A stretch of DNA of 45,070 nt from a virus (IMGVR_UViG_3300037963_003539:1-45070), one strand, 5' to 3'. Positions 1 to 9,540 are shown, counted from the stretch's first letter. Notes: a model not told the origin generated them from the sequence alone. Made by a program: numbers and translations.

Positions 1-213
1 CGCAGCTTTTGGAAACTTCTTCATCTGTCCTGCAGAACGTGCGCAAAATGATTTACGCCTTTTTGCAGCCTTACTACCTTTCTTTACTTTACCAGTAACA
101 GCAGTTTTTAACTTAGAGCCAGGGTTCATACGTCTGTAGGCTTTTACACCTGCACGAGTCATACCTGCACCAGATTTCGTAGAACGAAAGTTCTTCTTAT
201 TTCTAGCAGGCAT
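1..213 (-). CDS. Lys/Arg-rich small phage protein (DUF6321-like), truncated by window edge
   Basis: Manual translation from ATG at 213: MPARNKKNFRSTKSGAGMTRAGVKAYRRMNPGSKLKTAVTG...RRKSFCARSAGQMKKFPKAA; open to position 1; abuts the neighbouring ORF. Confidence 0.75.
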   Translation of the reverse strand, partial: MPARNKKNFRSTKSGAGMTRAGVKAYRRMNPGSKLKTAVTGKVKKGSKAAKRRKSFCARSAGQMKKFPKAA

Positions 214-214
214 T

Positions 215-523
215 TTACTTCTTCTTCTTTTTTGTGCCACGTCTTTTCCTTTTTACTATAGTTTTTACATTTGTGGGTTTACCACCTGGGTTACCTGCTC
301 TACGTTTACGTGCTACCGCACTACGTCTTTGAGCAGCTGTCATACTACGGGCCTTGGACCGTGGTACGCATTTCGGGTATGCACGTTTACTTTTCTTAGC
401 CGATTTACGACCGCAAGCTTGATACCTACCCTTTTTCTTAGGTGCACCAATGTCCACCCAATCACCTTTTTTACCTTTACCAAACCAAGCTGTCAAGCCT
501 CCTTTGGGTTTCGTGTTAGCCAT
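215..523 (-). CDS. Basic phage protein (DUF5872-like)
   Basis: 102 aa, GLTAWF...DWVDI...CGR...YPKCVP motif, very K/R-rich; translationally coupled to neighbours. Confidence 0.75.
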   Translation of the reverse strand: MANTKPKGGLTAWFGKGKKGDWVDIGAPKKKGRYQACGRKSAKKSKRAYPKCVPRSKARSMTAAQRRSAVARKRRAGNPGGKPTNVKTIVKRKRRGTKKKKK

Positions 524-696
524 TATCTATAACCGCCACCACGTTTCTTGTACGTACGAACTAACCAACCGTTAGCATACGCAGAAGGGTAAACTTTAAA
601 TTTACGTTTAGCTTCAGCTTTTACTCTAGCATACAAAGCTTTATTAGTAGGAGTAGCTCCTTTTTTCTTTTTAGTTTTCTTTCTTTTTGTTGCCAT
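523..696 (-). CDS. Basic phage protein (DUF5872-like), 57 aa, below ORF-track cutoff
   Basis: MATKRKKTKKKKGATPTNKALYARVKAEAKRKFKVYPSAYANGWLVRTYKKRGGGYR; TAATG-type overlaps on both sides. Confidence 0.75.
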   Translation of the reverse strand: MATKRKKTKKKKGATPTNKALYARVKAEAKRKFKVYPSAYANGWLVRTYKKRGGGYR

Positions 697-887
697 TACG
701 TACCTACCTGTTTTTGCGCCTTCTTGTGCGCTTGTCTAAATGTATCACCCATGAGCATTCTACGTTTCATATACTTCATATGTTTTGTAGAGTGGTGCTT
801 AGAATGACGCTTCATAGCTCCTTCTTGACGCTTAGTTAATGCTTTCTTTTTGACCTTCATGGAGGTCTTTTTTCTAGTTCTGGGCAT
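696..887 (-). CDS. Basic His/Lys-rich hypothetical phage protein
   Basis: 63-aa ORF in the operon, with motif HSKHHSTKHM...M..G.TF.QAH. Confidence 0.7.
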   Translation of the reverse strand: MPRTRKKTSMKVKKKALTKRQEGAMKRHSKHHSTKHMKYMKRRMLMGDTFRQAHKKAQKQVGT

Positions 888-1044
888 TTTTCAACATCTC
901 CGCTAGCTTGTTTATATCCATTGTAGGTTCAGGAGTTGGGTCATTAGCACTGTTCGCAGTTCCCTGAGGCACTAATCTGCGCTCATTTACTGGTGTTGTG
1001 CCTACCATACCTGGACCCATTTCTTTCATTTTTCTAGTAGCCAT
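874..1044 (-). CDS. Hypothetical protein, 56 aa
   Basis: MATRKMKEMGPGMVGTTPVNERR...LKNAQN fills the operon gap; GAGG upstream. Confidence 0.55.
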   Translation of the reverse strand: MATRKMKEMGPGMVGTTPVNERRLVPQGTANSANDPTPEPTMDINKLAEMLKNAQN

Positions 1045-1047
1045 AGC

Positions 1048-1440
1048 TTATTTTACCTCATTATCGTCGTCTTTCAAAAAAGACCTTAGTTTCTGTGCCT
1101 TCTCCTCAGCCGTATCAGCATGTAGCTCTGAGTCTACAATCTTCTCTAACTTTAATGTATCAATTTTTTGGTTTGATATATAACGCCACGTGTAACCGTC
1201 ATCGTTGTACACCCCAAATACTGTCTGTGAAAACCCTACTTTTATAATAAGTGCGGTATCACCATCTAAAATTACTTTATCACCTTCTTTGAATGATGAC
1301 GTCAAACGGAAAGTAGCACCTTTTACAAAGCCTACTGCCCAATCTTTAAGAGCTAAACCAACTAATAAAGTTAGTACAAACCCTATAAACTCAATATAAA
1401 AATCATTTAACGTAATCTCAAACATAGTCATATCATACAT
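1048..1440 (-). CDS. Truncated MscS-like (small mechanosensitive channel-like) membrane protein
   Basis: N-terminal TM helix, then GLALKD..GFVKG...FKEGDKVILDG...IIKVG, resembling MscS TM3 plus beta domain. Confidence 0.6.
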   Translation of the reverse strand: MYDMTMFEITLNDFYIEFIGFVLTLLVGLALKDWAVGFVKGATFRLTSSFKEGDKVILDGDTALIIKVGFSQTVFGVYNDDGYTWRYISNQKIDTLKLEKIVDSELHADTAEEKAQKLRSFLKDDDNEVK

Positions 1441-1582
1441 AATCTAATGTAGTATTCTCCATAAGAAATTCAAAAAATTTTCTAAAGTCTTCTTTTGTAA
1501 GAAAGGGTACGTCCTTTCTCATGTGTAGCATTCGATACTCAGTGTATGCTATTTCTAATTGTTCTTCGGTATATAAAATCAT
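1433..1582 (-). CDS. Hypothetical protein, 49 aa
   Basis: MILYTEEQLEIAYTEYR...FRKFFEFLMENTTLDYV; ATGA overlap with the upstream gene. Confidence 0.6.
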   Translation of the reverse strand: MILYTEEQLEIAYTEYRMLHMRKDVPFLTKEDFRKFFEFLMENTTLDYV

Positions 1583-1821
1583 GGGCTAGGCCACTCTATC
1601 TCATCTAATTTTGTATCATCATTATATTTAGCAGGTAAATCCCTAACTTTCTGCCTAAACACTCGGTATTTTTCTTTGTTTTCATCACTTAAAGGACTAT
1701 CTGGTAGTTGTGTCCAATCTGTACTTTGTAATACATCTATACACCACGATCTGATGTAATCCATTACATCTACTACATCATCTAAAGTTTCATTGTCTTT
1801 TAATACAATCTCGTAACCCAT
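1579..1821 (-). CDS. Tail fibre assembly chaperone-like protein
   Basis: L.STDWTQLPDSPLS...YRVFRQKVRDLP...WP motif typical of phage tail assembly chaperones. Confidence 0.8.
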   Translation of the reverse strand: MGYEIVLKDNETLDDVVDVMDYIRSWCIDVLQSTDWTQLPDSPLSDENKEKYRVFRQKVRDLPAKYNDDTKLDEIEWPSP

Positions 1822-2771
1822 TATGTTGTCAGCCCCTGTACTGTATAAATTAAAGCATTATATTGAGGATTGGAAATACCTGTAGTTAAAGCACCTAAAT
1901 CTAATCGATATTTTATTTCTGACCGTAGGTTTGATACAAAACTTACGTACATAGGATTTAATACTACGTCGATGCCACGTCTAAAATTACTTAATTGTAT
2001 CTCACCCTCAGTGGAGTTTAAAAAAGATGAACCAAGCAAGGAGTTGTTGTAATTTTCCATACTTGGAGGAGTAGCACCATGACTATTATTAGAAGGTAAT
2101 ATTGTGCCCACATTATCAGAGTGCAACATAAGCGCAATAGTGTCTGTCCAATAAGGCTCAGTAGCGTTTGACCAGCCTGCAAGAGATGGATTCGCATACG
2201 CAGTCCCAAATCTACGACCAGACACAGTTATTAAATAGGGTTTTTTACCCCCTCTAGTGTGTTTTGCTGTAGTAAAGTCAAAAGTTGCATTTACATATTG
2301 TGAGGTATTAGCATCAAAATTACTGTTTGGCTCTGTACCACGGGTGTGGTTGTTTGGATATATACCACCTTGAGATAAAAAAGTATGATTACTAGCCTGA
2401 CTTAAACCGCTAGGGATACTAACACCTACCCCACTAGCGCTAAAACTGCTTGTTAGAATAATTCCTGTTTTACTAAACTTTTTAGAGGTGTTTTCTTCAC
2501 CTATTTGGTCAGTAATCAATTGGTCTGGTGCAACAAACTTAACAGTAGGATCTCCAGCTGTAATACTAAAATCATTTACCGTATTTGTACTAGACACAAT
2601 ACCACTTTCTTCTAAATCTCTAAGAGTAAGATTACGATCCTTTGGATTACCGGCATCTCCCGCTTTTACCTTTAAATGTGTATCTACTTGTTTAAGATAG
2701 TTTCTTAACTGTGGATCTAAGTTAGTTGGTAAAGGTGGTAAAGAAGGTGGTTTACTGTTAGAGGTAGCCAT
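1821..2771 (-). CDS. Putative tail-associated/structural protein
   Basis: 316 aa, S/T/N/G-rich; lies between the tail hub gene and the fibre chaperone. Confidence 0.55.
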   Translation of the reverse strand: MATSNSKPPSLPPLPTNLDPQLRNYLKQVDTHLKVKAGDAGNPKDRNLTLRDLEESGIVSSTNTVNDFSITAGDPTVKFVAPDQLITDQIGEENTSKKFSKTGIILTSSFSASGVGVSIPSGLSQASNHTFLSQGGIYPNNHTRGTEPNSNFDANTSQYVNATFDFTTAKHTRGGKKPYLITVSGRRFGTAYANPSLAGWSNATEPYWTDTIALMLHSDNVGTILPSNNSHGATPPSMENYNNSLLGSSFLNSTEGEIQLSNFRRGIDVVLNPMYVSFVSNLRSEIKYRLDLGALTTGISNPQYNALIYTVQGLTT

Positions 2772-4801
2772 TATACTGCCCTCAATTCATCTATAGACTC
2801 TCCAATACATATTTCATGCACTGGGTTTGCACTAGTAACTTCTACTTGGTACACCTTATGTACGCCTGTAGGTAAACGTAGTATAGGTTCTTGTATTTGT
2901 GTAGCACTAAAAGAAGTAGGAGCAGAGCCTGTTGCACTAAACACGGATCCAGAAGCTGTAATTGTGGCGTCAAATATTTCTGTACCATCACCAAATACTT
3001 TTACTGTTACTCCTGCTCCTGCATAAGAGTCCGCTTCAACCTTTACAAAGTTCATGCTAGTAGCTTTGGGCAGTACAAACTCTTTACTTTTAAAAACAAA
3101 CGTTCGTTTTGTATCGGTAGCGGAGTCATCAAAACTTTCTACCGTACAATTACCTGAACTTGGTTTGTTGATTAGATATAATTCATTAGTCTCAGGGTCG
3201 GTATAAAACCCTCTGTTTGTACTACTCCCAGTATTAAGTAATGTATCTACAGTTGTAAGAGCGTTTACATCTCCACTAATATCAAAAATTATAGCTTGTG
3301 GAGTTTGATAGGGTGCAGAATACTGGCCAACGTATTTACCTTCGTGCATTCCAGCGCTCTGCACTACATACGTACCTTTCCATTGGTCTGGACTAATTAA
3401 CGCTTGAGTTAAATTAGTAACTTGTCCATTCTCTACTCCTATCAAACCATCAGGTCCTGAATAGATACAATAACCCCCCATATCAACTAAACTTCTTTTA
3501 TATAATAGGGGTTCAGCTGCTTCTAGTTTTTGAATAGCCATAGCCTGTGGATCTGTACCTGCGGCTATATAGTTTGTACCTTTTGTACCTATAAACAAAA
3601 CATTACCCGCCATAGATATACCTACGATTTCATCTTCTAATGTTATACGGTACGCAACAGGCCAAGCATGTGGTAAGAATGGTTCAGAAAAGCAAAGTCG
3701 TTTGCCACTAAACCCAGCAAAGATACCATTACCAATAGCAGTTAAACCTTTCATTTGTCCATTTGGATAGGTGCTCGAATCATCATCAGGCGGAGCTATC
3801 CAAAAAGTAGAAGGTATAATTTCACCTAAGGCATCATTGTTTGTACTATCTGTATATGTAGTCACATCCATAGCTACTTCTGCTACAAATTGAAAATCGG
3901 TAGTGTTAGAACCCGTATTAGAACGGTAAATACGTTTGGTTCCTACAAAAGTGTGAAAAAGACTTGCAGCAGATGAGGTTGCCGTTGAGGTAGCAGCAGT
4001 ACCGGCTAAGTTAACTGTAAAAGTTGTAGAACTAGGAGTGCTTACTATAGAGTAGGCGTGGTTTATTCTATCTGCAGTAAAACCACCAGTATCTGAAAAT
4101 CCGTCTAAACCAATCCTATCGCTAGTACTAAAACCATGCGCAGAGGGTGTAGTCACAGTTATGTCATTACTACCAGAAGCTGTAGTAACAGTGACGCCAG
4201 TTACTTTAGTGCCACCATAATTAACATCACTTTTAGTATTAGCAAAAGATAAGTTAGATAACGCAATACTTTGACCATCTACTTTCGTTAATACTGTAGA
4301 TGCTGACGAGGGTGGGCCTTCTTCACCAAATGCAGAAACAAAAGTATAAACATAAGAAGTACTATATTTAATTTGAGTACCATCATCTGGTCCTGTAGGA
4401 GTAGCTACTCCTAAATTTGGAGGAGCTTCAATACCTAATCTAAAAGAACTACGTGGGTATGCACCCGACCCGCCACTCGTAATCTGAGTAGAACTTGCCA
4501 TACGTGGAAAAGTTTGCCCTGTCCAATACAAACGATCAAAAGCGTCATCTGCAATTGGTCCGGGAACTACATCTACATCATCATCAAACTCAAGATTATA
4601 TGTAGTGCCGCCAAATTTGTACTGGTAATGACTAGTTATACTACTTGCATTTAAAGTAGCATGATTTCCATTAGTATATAACGCGTTTAAATTACCACGT
4701 TCTAAATTAACATTTTGAGCGGTAACTCCTACTTCGTCTTTTAATAAACGAGGTTCTAGAATAGGAGCAATACCATTAAAGGTAATTAATTTAAAATACA
4801 C
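2771..4801 (-). CDS. Tail hub / head-stabilisation protein (P22 gp10-like) with inserted beta domain
   Basis: 676 aa; N-terminal F.GIAP...L...AQN, LCFSEPFLPHAWP..Y, C-terminal FKSKEF and RLP.G, typical of podovirus nozzle proteins; GTG start with GGAGG-like RBS context. Confidence 0.7.
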   Translation of the reverse strand: MYFKLITFNGIAPILEPRLLKDEVGVTAQNVNLERGNLNALYTNGNHATLNASSITSHYQYKFGGTTYNLEFDDDVDVVPGPIADDAFDRLYWTGQTFPRMASSTQITSGGSGAYPRSSFRLGIEAPPNLGVATPTGPDDGTQIKYSTSYVYTFVSAFGEEGPPSSASTVLTKVDGQSIALSNLSFANTKSDVNYGGTKVTGVTVTTASGSNDITVTTPSAHGFSTSDRIGLDGFSDTGGFTADRINHAYSIVSTPSSTTFTVNLAGTAATSTATSSAASLFHTFVGTKRIYRSNTGSNTTDFQFVAEVAMDVTTYTDSTNNDALGEIIPSTFWIAPPDDDSSTYPNGQMKGLTAIGNGIFAGFSGKRLCFSEPFLPHAWPVAYRITLEDEIVGISMAGNVLFIGTKGTNYIAAGTDPQAMAIQKLEAAEPLLYKRSLVDMGGYCIYSGPDGLIGVENGQVTNLTQALISPDQWKGTYVVQSAGMHEGKYVGQYSAPYQTPQAIIFDISGDVNALTTVDTLLNTGSSTNRGFYTDPETNELYLINKPSSGNCTVESFDDSATDTKRTFVFKSKEFVLPKATSMNFVKVEADSYAGAGVTVKVFGDGTEIFDATITASGSVFSATGSAPTSFSATQIQEPILRLPTGVHKVYQVEVTSANPVHEICIGESIDELRAV

Positions 4802-4803
4802 TC

Positions 4804-5205
4804 TTAGTCATCTCCTCTGGCTACTTTCTTTTGCTTTTCAAAAGTCCTGAGCCCTGCCATGCCGAGCATCGCCATAAGTATGGTAGACAATTGAGTAAAA
4901 TCAAACTCTGGCATATCTACTTTTACACCAGATAGTGCAGCAATCCACTCACCTACAGGCAGTACAATAAAATGTACCATCATTGCAATTGAGCAACCCC
5001 AACCTACAGACGGACGCCAGCCCGCCACAAACCAGTTTTTACTGGCTGCTTCTATTTTATTTACCTCAATCTGTGAAAGATTAGCTGTTTGTAATTGTGT
5101 CTTGAGCTCATGCTCAAGTTTCATCTTTAGGTTTTTGTCAGCAACGAACTTGTTTAGAACACTACCAGCTATACCTACTACTGAGTTTGTTATTGGATCC
5201 GCCAT
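4804..5205 (-). CDS. Holin, 3TM (GTA-holin family)
   Basis: EVNKIEA...FVAGWRP.VGW...MLGMAGLRTFEK family signature; GGAGG RBS. Confidence 0.85.
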   Translation of the reverse strand: MADPITNSVVGIAGSVLNKFVADKNLKMKLEHELKTQLQTANLSQIEVNKIEAASKNWFVAGWRPSVGWGCSIAMMVHFIVLPVGEWIAALSGVKVDMPEFDFTQLSTILMAMLGMAGLRTFEKQKKVARGDD

Positions 5206-5214
5206 AAATACCTC

Positions 5215-5493
5215 CTATGTGCGTAAAAAATATACTAATAATCCTATTCCTGCGGCTACGACAATCCACATAAATCTCTCTATGAATCGTCCTGTATTAG
5301 AATTGACATTGGATTGTGACTCTACGTCATCTAAACGTTGTTCTATCTTATCCATTCTAATAAAGAACCTATCGTTCTGCCTTAACACGGTAGCTACTCG
5401 TTCTTCAATACGAGCAATAGACACAACTGCATCTGCTAGTCGGTCCAGTTTTTCTTCTATTTTTTCTAGTCTTTGCTCTTGTGTGTCACTCAT
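5215..5493 (-). CDS. Coiled-coil protein with C-terminal TM helix (lysis-cassette accessory, XhlA-like)
   Basis: RLEKIEEKLDRL...ARIEER, C-terminal hydrophobic helix; between endolysin and holin. Confidence 0.6.
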   Translation of the reverse strand: MSDTQEQRLEKIEEKLDRLADAVVSIARIEERVATVLRQNDRFFIRMDKIEQRLDDVESQSNVNSNTGRFIERFMWIVVAAGIGLLVYFLRT

Positions 5494-5857
5494 AACTCCA
5501 AACCCAAGGTCTTGGTCTGGTGCTAGTAGCTTCTAAAGTATCTAGATGTATAAATCTAGAATCGCCATGTTGCTTCACACCAAGCCCGGTTATACCGTGT
5601 TTTAACGCTACTTCTATACACTTTAAGGCGTCCGCGCCTCGTATAAGTATATCTACAGCCTTGCCACTTGCGTGAGCTCCTGGTTGTGATTTTCTTGCTT
5701 CTATAGGATGCGTTGGATCTCTATAGCCACTTGTTATTATAAACGGAATTCCTACTTCTTCACGTATTTTTTCAAGAGTTTCCATGAACTCTGGGTCCAT
5801 ACCACAAATACCTGTGTGCTTACACTTAAGTTCGTCTTCGCTAAAGTACTTCCACAT
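5486..5857 (-). CDS. Endolysin, peptidase M15 (M15_3/YcbK-like)
   Basis: YF...EL.CK, ITSGYR, H.SGKAVD, FIHLD zinc-ligand motifs; adjacent to holin. Confidence 0.9.
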   Translation of the reverse strand: MWKYFSEDELKCKHTGICGMDPEFMETLEKIREEVGIPFIITSGYRDPTHPIEARKSQPGAHASGKAVDILIRGADALKCIEVALKHGITGLGVKQHGDSRFIHLDTLEATSTRPRPWVWSYE

Positions 5858-5860
5858 AGT

Positions 5861-5968
5861 TTAATAAAATATAGTATAGAACTGCACCAATTCCATATAA
5901 AGATAACTTACAGATAGGCCTAATAATACGCCCGTTGTAAAACAAAATATGTTAAAAAAGATGTTCAA
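5861..5968 (-). CDS. Small membrane protein, 35 aa
   Basis: TTG start after GGAGG; MNIFFNIFCFTTGVLLGLSVSYLYMELVQFYTIFY fills the operon gap. Confidence 0.4.
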   Translation of the reverse strand: MNIFFNIFCFTTGVLLGLSVSYLYMELVQFYTIFY

Positions 5969-6176
5969 AATAACCTCCAATAGTTTGTCCAATAGGACCA
6001 TAAGGGATTTCTATTCCAAAAATGGTATTAACCAAAGCAATAGAACCATTTATTAATATAATTTTAGAGCCTACTACAATAACAGCAAACCATAAAATTG
6101 TTTTTACATAACCTCTTTTTTCCACAGAATTTTTTAGTGCCCGTAGAATAGGAAAGTTCCATTTTAAGTATTTCAT
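5952..6176 (-). CDS. Hypothetical membrane protein
   Basis: 74 aa with a hydrophobic stretch; 4-nt overlap with the upstream gene. Confidence 0.55.
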   Translation of the reverse strand: MKYLKWNFPILRALKNSVEKRGYVKTILWFAVIVVGSKIILINGSIALVNTIFGIEIPYGPIGQTIGGYFEHLF

Positions 6177-6865
6177 TTATAAACTGAAACTACCCTCATA
6201 GGTTGTGATTCGGTATTAGTTACATTTATTGTGTCACTAGATAATTTTTTAATTGAATTTTCTGCTATTTCATTATCCCCTATAGTGCAACTCCTAGAAA
6301 AAGCTAAGTAATTTAAAGAACCATTTTTAGGGATTTCTCTACTTTCTCCAGCTAAAATATCAAAGTATTTAAGCGTATAATTTGGATTGTCGGTAAGAGT
6401 ACATAAAAATCTAGTATCATTTTCTAATGCCTTAATTGTACATTTGGTTGCCAGTTGCCATTTGTAGGAAGTTAATACAGGTTCTGACTGTGGGAAAAAT
6501 TTCATATTAGATATAAATTTGTTACTGGCTAAAGCATTGGCTACACTAGCTTCAGCATGTTCTGACTCTTGATGCATGTAATCACTTTGATTCAAAGTTT
6601 TAAATCTTTCAATATCGAAAGCAGTTAAATCCCCTTCTTCCCATTCCCAAGCTGTTTCTATACTACCTCGTACAAGAGCAAGTCTTATAGGAGCATAAAA
6701 AACTTTTGAAGATTCTGTATCATATTTACCTAAAGCCTTATTAATTCTATCGTCTATGGAATCCCTTATTAGGGTATCGTTTCTATCGCCCTTTAAAAAA
6801 GTAAGATGCAAATCATCTTCTACTTTAGTTGTAGTTAAATTTGTAAAAGTTTTTGAATGTGCCAT
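6173..6865 (-). CDS. Hypothetical protein (tail-fibre-associated variable region)
   Basis: 230-aa ORF coupled to neighbours; beta-rich C-terminal half. Confidence 0.65.
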   Translation of the reverse strand: MAHSKTFTNLTTTKVEDDLHLTFLKGDRNDTLIRDSIDDRINKALGKYDTESSKVFYAPIRLALVRGSIETAWEWEEGDLTAFDIERFKTLNQSDYMHQESEHAEASVANALASNKFISNMKFFPQSEPVLTSYKWQLATKCTIKALENDTRFLCTLTDNPNYTLKYFDILAGESREIPKNGSLNYLAFSRSCTIGDNEIAENSIKKLSSDTINVTNTESQPMRVVSVYK

Positions 6866-7092
6866 TAAAGTTCCTCTACTACACCATTAGGCATCCAGGG
6901 CGCAATCCTTACATCGCCTTGTTCTGGAGTAAAATCCATTTGTGCTTTCATATTGTCTAAAGCTTTTTCAGATGCTGCTGTATCGACTGCTCCTTCAGAA
7001 TTTAAAACAGCTTCCATTTCTACAAATACTCCGTCTTCAAAAGTTTTACCAACTTTTTTTATTCCATTATCTTCTCTAACTTCTATTGCCAT
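6865..7092 (-). CDS. Hypothetical protein
   Basis: Start re-assigned to MAIEVRE (ATG at 7092, overlapping the previous stop). Confidence 0.6.
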   Translation of the reverse strand: MAIEVREDNGIKKVGKTFEDGVFVEMEAVLNSEGAVDTAASEKALDNMKAQMDFTPEQGDVRIAPWMPNGVVEEL

Positions 7093-7727
7093 TATACAAA
7101 ACAATCTAATGAGAGAGTTCTTGAACTCGTACTTGTATCTGTGCTTGTGTTAGTCCAAATCCACCTATGGACACCACCGCCGGCATTTGTATAGGTTGCA
7201 GCACTTCTTAATTTCACATAAGAGCCGTAAGACAGTTGATCAAAAGCCTCAGTGTCTGTGTTTATATTAGAACTAGTTACACCACTTATTTCAAAGTGTG
7301 TGTTGTGAGTAATAGAAGTACCAGCTTTCCCTAAGTCTACTGTAAACCTTGAATGATGCATTTTTAGAATTGTTGCCCCACTTAAAACGGTTCCATTATC
7401 AGGTGTAGTGTCAGTAATAGTTGCTTGATTACTTCCATGATAACCCCAGTATTCACTAAGTGCTCCTACCGATCCTTCCGTGTAAGGTGCAGTTCTTGCT
7501 CCGGGGTTTACAGTAGCAGACCAAGTTTCAGCACAGCCAGAAGCCCCATAAAAATCATTAAAAGATATAGAACCACTTGAAGGAATACCATTAGGGTTAA
7601 ATGCTCCAATATTACTAGATACATTTGCACCCCCTACATAATATTCATTCATGCTAATAGGGTTACTACCACCAAATTCGGTTTGTATTTGACTAAGGGA
7701 GATAGCTCCCGAAGATTGCATAGTCAT
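7092..7727 (-). CDS. Tail fibre tip / adhesin-like protein
   Basis: N-terminal M..QSSGAISLSQIQTEFGGSNPISMNEYY...IPSSGSISFNDFYGA module, seen in proteins following S74-containing fibres. Confidence 0.7.
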   Translation of the reverse strand: MTMQSSGAISLSQIQTEFGGSNPISMNEYYVGGANVSSNIGAFNPNGIPSSGSISFNDFYGASGCAETWSATVNPGARTAPYTEGSVGALSEYWGYHGSNQATITDTTPDNGTVLSGATILKMHHSRFTVDLGKAGTSITHNTHFEISGVTSSNINTDTEAFDQLSYGSYVKLRSAATYTNAGGGVHRWIWTNTSTDTSTSSRTLSLDCFV

Positions 7728-9082
7728 TACTTATTCTCTAATTCTTTTACTCTAGCTGATAAATCTTTTACAGCTTCAATTAATACTGCTGTTAATCTGC
7801 TGTAATCTACAGACTTAGTACCCATTTCATCCTCTGCTGTTAATACTATTTCTGGTAATATCTTTTCTACTTCTTGAGCAATAACACCTATGTTTTCTTT
7901 TTCGTCTCTGGTGTAAGTGACACCTCGTAACTGCTCTACTTTGTCTAAACCATTTTCTATAGTTTTAATATTATCTTTTAATCTTTCATCTGAATAAGCT
8001 GTAACATTATCGTTAAAGGTTGCAGCACCTGCTGCTGACATATCCAGAGTCAATGCAGTTATTTCACTTCCACCATCATTGCCAAGAAATATAATATCCT
8101 TATCTGAAACTTTGGAACGAATGCCTAGATTTTGTGAGCCCATGTCAATATTCCCTATCTCAGTTCCATCGTCTTTGAAACGAATATGTTCTCCATCTAC
8201 GTCTAGGTCTAAATCTCCTGCAACATCAATAGTCATATCTCCAGAAGCATTTTCAATGTTTCCTGTGACTTTTATTCCTCCTGTCACAGTTGCAAATTTT
8301 TCTGAGTTATCAAAATAAATTTGAGTTCCTGCGCTTATGGTTGATTTTAAGTAGTTATGTCCTAACGCACTTTGTATATCTACAGTATTTGTTCCTCTTA
8401 AAAATAATCCGCCTGTTCCTTCATCAACAATTACACTATTACTACCGTCATGGTAAATTCGTAAATCATCACTTGCTCCTAAAAGAAGTCTTTTATTATC
8501 TGCTAAAGCGACATCTCCACCAAAAGTTGCTTTTCCTGCCTCAGAATAATCAATAGTCAAGCCTGTCATCAACCCACCGCCATCAGCATCATATCCTTTT
8601 AAAATAAAATCTTTATCGTTTAAATTGTTTTGAATAATAAAATCGTCGTTGGTTGTTTTAATAATTGCAATTGTATTAGACGAATTTACAAAATTAAAAT
8701 CGCCCCCATTAGCAGTAAGAATAATAGCGTCAGAATCTGCGGTTGCCTCTACCTCAATTTTAGTATCACCGTCCAAATCAGTAAGACTGCTTGTACCCAT
8801 TTCAAGTATTTTTGCGGTAAGTCTTAGTTCAATATTTGCGCCACTACTAAAAGCAGAGGCAGAAGTGTTATCTTGAGCCCTTACAACAGTAAGATCGTTA
8901 CTAGAAATAGCGGTAACTTTAACTACTTCTATATTAGTGCCGTCATCAATAGTAGCAAAGAAAACATTATTAGCATCGGGCGTGGGAAAAACAGCTGCAG
9001 ATGTTACGGGGACTGTCGTAACGGAGTCGTTTATCCCACTCGATAAAGTAGTTTCGGCATTGTTTTTAAAAAGCAAGCCCAC
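7727..9082 (-). CDS. Tail fibre with C-terminal intramolecular chaperone (peptidase S74)
   Basis: AYSDERLKDNI...LRGVTY...GVIAQEVE...VDYSRL..L.EAVK.L coiled coil; internal duplicated DKD.I..G.D.G..T.LT.D.S.AG.ATF unit; GTG start after GGAGG. Confidence 0.9.
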   Translation of the reverse strand: MGLLFKNNAETTLSSGINDSVTTVPVTSAAVFPTPDANNVFFATIDDGTNIEVVKVTAISSNDLTVVRAQDNTSASAFSSGANIELRLTAKILEMGTSSLTDLDGDTKIEVEATADSDAIILTANGGDFNFVNSSNTIAIIKTTNDDFIIQNNLNDKDFILKGYDADGGGLMTGLTIDYSEAGKATFGGDVALADNKRLLLGASDDLRIYHDGSNSVIVDEGTGGLFLRGTNTVDIQSALGHNYLKSTISAGTQIYFDNSEKFATVTGGIKVTGNIENASGDMTIDVAGDLDLDVDGEHIRFKDDGTEIGNIDMGSQNLGIRSKVSDKDIIFLGNDGGSEITALTLDMSAAGAATFNDNVTAYSDERLKDNIKTIENGLDKVEQLRGVTYTRDEKENIGVIAQEVEKILPEIVLTAEDEMGTKSVDYSRLTAVLIEAVKDLSARVKELENK

Positions 9083-9099
9083 AGTAAAACCTCCTTAGT

Positions 9100-9531
9100 T
9101 TAACTAACTGTCACTGTCCAAGTGACTGTCATACTGTCTGATGCACCTTTGTTTACAACGGAAAAAACGGTTCTACATAACATAGTACCACCAGAACTAG
9201 CATTTAAAATACCAGCTTCAGTTACGGCACCAGTACCAGTTCCTGCTGGAAAACTAGCTACATAGGTAACTACAGCACTAGAAACAGTTGTACTTGTAAG
9301 AGCTACTCTACCTAACTGTGAACCTAGAGCAGTATCACTCGCAGCAGCGGCAGTACTTCCAGATCCAATAGCCATGTGTGACATAGCAGTTGCACTAGCA
9401 TCTTTCATACGAGAAGCAACATAACCTTTACCAGTAGTAACAACTAAGTTGTCAACTTCTTGCACAAGTTTGTCGTTTACATGTATTTGTAGACGTCCTT
9501 TCATTTTTAATGCGTCATTTATATTTGACAT
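9100..9531 (-). CDS. Tail structural protein
   Basis: NLVVTTG...MAIGSG...DTAL...EAGI.NA...MLCR.VF..VNK...TW motif common in phage tail/baseplate proteins. Confidence 0.7.
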   Translation of the reverse strand: MSNINDALKMKGRLQIHVNDKLVQEVDNLVVTTGKGYVASRMKDASATAMSHMAIGSGSTAAAASDTALGSQLGRVALTSTTVSSAVVTYVASFPAGTGTGAVTEAGILNASSGGTMLCRTVFSVVNKGASDSMTVTWTVTVS

Positions 9532-9540
9532 AAAAACCTC

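Noticed and set aside
5952-9082. Diversity-generating retroelement targeting the tail fibre region
   Set aside because: No reverse transcriptase and no template/variable repeat pair was seen.
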